Part shown: positions 18,751 through 20,000 of the stretch, in pieces | Numbering within the stretch: the first letter of the stretch is position 1 | How the letters are laid out: the number at the start of each line of letters is the position of its first letter | Assembly (NCBI GenBank): GCA_036172245.1 | Contig: JAYWIR010000113.1 | Coordinates: 117,572 to 137,571 of the forward strand | Direction of reading: 5' to 3' | From: Raillietiella orientalis | Taxonomy: Eukaryota | DNA: 20,000 bases | Notes under the pieces: model-generated | The model's input: the letters and a program-made list of their open reading frames with translations, nothing else | Databases searched by the model: none | What the model was told of the DNA's origin: nothing | Translations under genes and position numbers: made by a program

Positions 18751-20000
18751 TCGAACGCCTTGTGGAGATCACTGCGAGCGCTAGGGCCCCCTTCCCCGCC
18801 TGGGGTTCCCTTCTAAGCCAGGCTGGCGGCCCCAATGTGGAGTTGCCGATTTTTCCTTTCCCTTCCTTTTGACACCTCTGCGCGTGCATCCATGTGCTCG
18901 CGAAGAAGAGGTTGGCATCCATACTTCGCCCGGGAACAGCATATGTCTGCTCCGGGCTAGTTATGGATTCTGCCACTTGTTCCAGACGCGAATCACATAG
19001 CTCTGCTATGAACTTGGCGTCCTTATTCACGATCGTGATCGGACGCCAGTTCTTTAAATCATTGAGGTCTCCCCCTTTCGGAAGGAGCCTCACTCTGGCT
19101 GATCGAAACGAGGCGGGAACAATCGCCTTCGTCTCGGTTCAGCCTGATCAACTTAAGCAACAGGGGTGCCAGCTCTTCCGCGAAGCTCTGATAGAACTCC
19201 GCGGGCAAGCCGTCTTCCCCTGGAGCTTAACGCCTCTTGAGCCTTTTGATACCGGCGAGAATTTCGCCGGTGGTAAATGGCTCGTCGAGGCCTAACATCT
19301 CCTCCTCTTCTATTTCCGGGGCGCCATCCGGAAGCAAGCTTCGAGAGGCGTCTCGATCCGGGGGCTCCCTGGCGTAAAAACAGGAACAAAAACTCCGCCC
19401 GAGATGCCGTACCGACGCCGGGGACGAACATTCCCGGCCCTGGTCGTCCAGCAAGCTGGCCGACTTGGTTTGTTAGGCTTGGCGTTCGGCCCGGCGCGGT
19501 ACTCGGCCAGGCGACGGACATTAGGGGTTCTCTTGTACCTACAAGCCTGTAAATAGGCCCGATGTTTGCAAGGACCCTTGCCGGATCCGAGGGGCAGGCG
19601 GTACAGGGGGAACTGCTCGCAGAACTCCCGGACCGAGGCCTTAAAAAGATACCTATCCGTAAGTTTCTGGAGACTGACGCCTCTCAGGAATTCGCGAAGG
19701 TGTTCCTTCGCACCTGAGAGTCGCGTCCAGTCCCCTGGCAGACGCCAGTCCCTGGATGGCGGTCCTTTGTCGCGAGGCCGCACCTCGAAAATTAACCGGG
19801 AATGGACCGACAACCTCGACGCAACTTTCCCCCGTTTGCCGACCCGTGAACACAGGTCAGCGTCGAGGAAGACGTGGTCGATGCTGCGGACCATTCCCCT
19901 CTCACCCGCGAACAAGTTGCGCGCACGCATGGCGGCGCACAACTCGTTCATCGCGTTCACCTGTGTTTCCGGCTCACCTGTTAGCAGGCGGAGATTGAAA
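18751..20000 (-). mobile_element. Segment G: family-1 ORF2 fragment (EN C-half, linker, RT domains 0-3), continues beyond the window
   Basis: FNLRLL..IDHVFL..SVHS, then WRPITIVNKDAK..ALALAV. 18751-19731 is a diverged direct repeat of 17765-18744. Confidence 0.92.

Overview
Eukaryotic, fairly GC-rich DNA. From about 830 to the window end it is a continuous mosaic of decayed non-LTR retrotransposons of the L1/Tx1 type (ORF1 with RRM-like region and CCHC zinc knuckles; ORF2 with APE endonuclease, reverse transcriptase and C-terminal CCHC/zf-RVT). I resolve about 11 segments from two clearly different families, in both orientations. No intact ORF2, host gene, RNA gene or CRISPR array is visible. 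The most striking pattern: all four family-1 3' ends carry a hairpin (45 nt with compensatory changes in three copies), end in an A-rich/AATAAA signal, and are followed immediately by the same ~25-36 nt motif that forms the family's own 5' end. In two cases this motif continues into a full 5'UTR and ORF1 (head-to-tail tandem). In the other two it stops and is fused to an oppositely oriented truncated copy, once through a 10-nt microhomology. All three endonuclease copies that cover the region appear to lack the usual target-recognition hairpin. This suggests (inference) a self-targeting, terminally redundant LINE that builds its own arrays. Alignments were done by eye, so boundaries are approximate.
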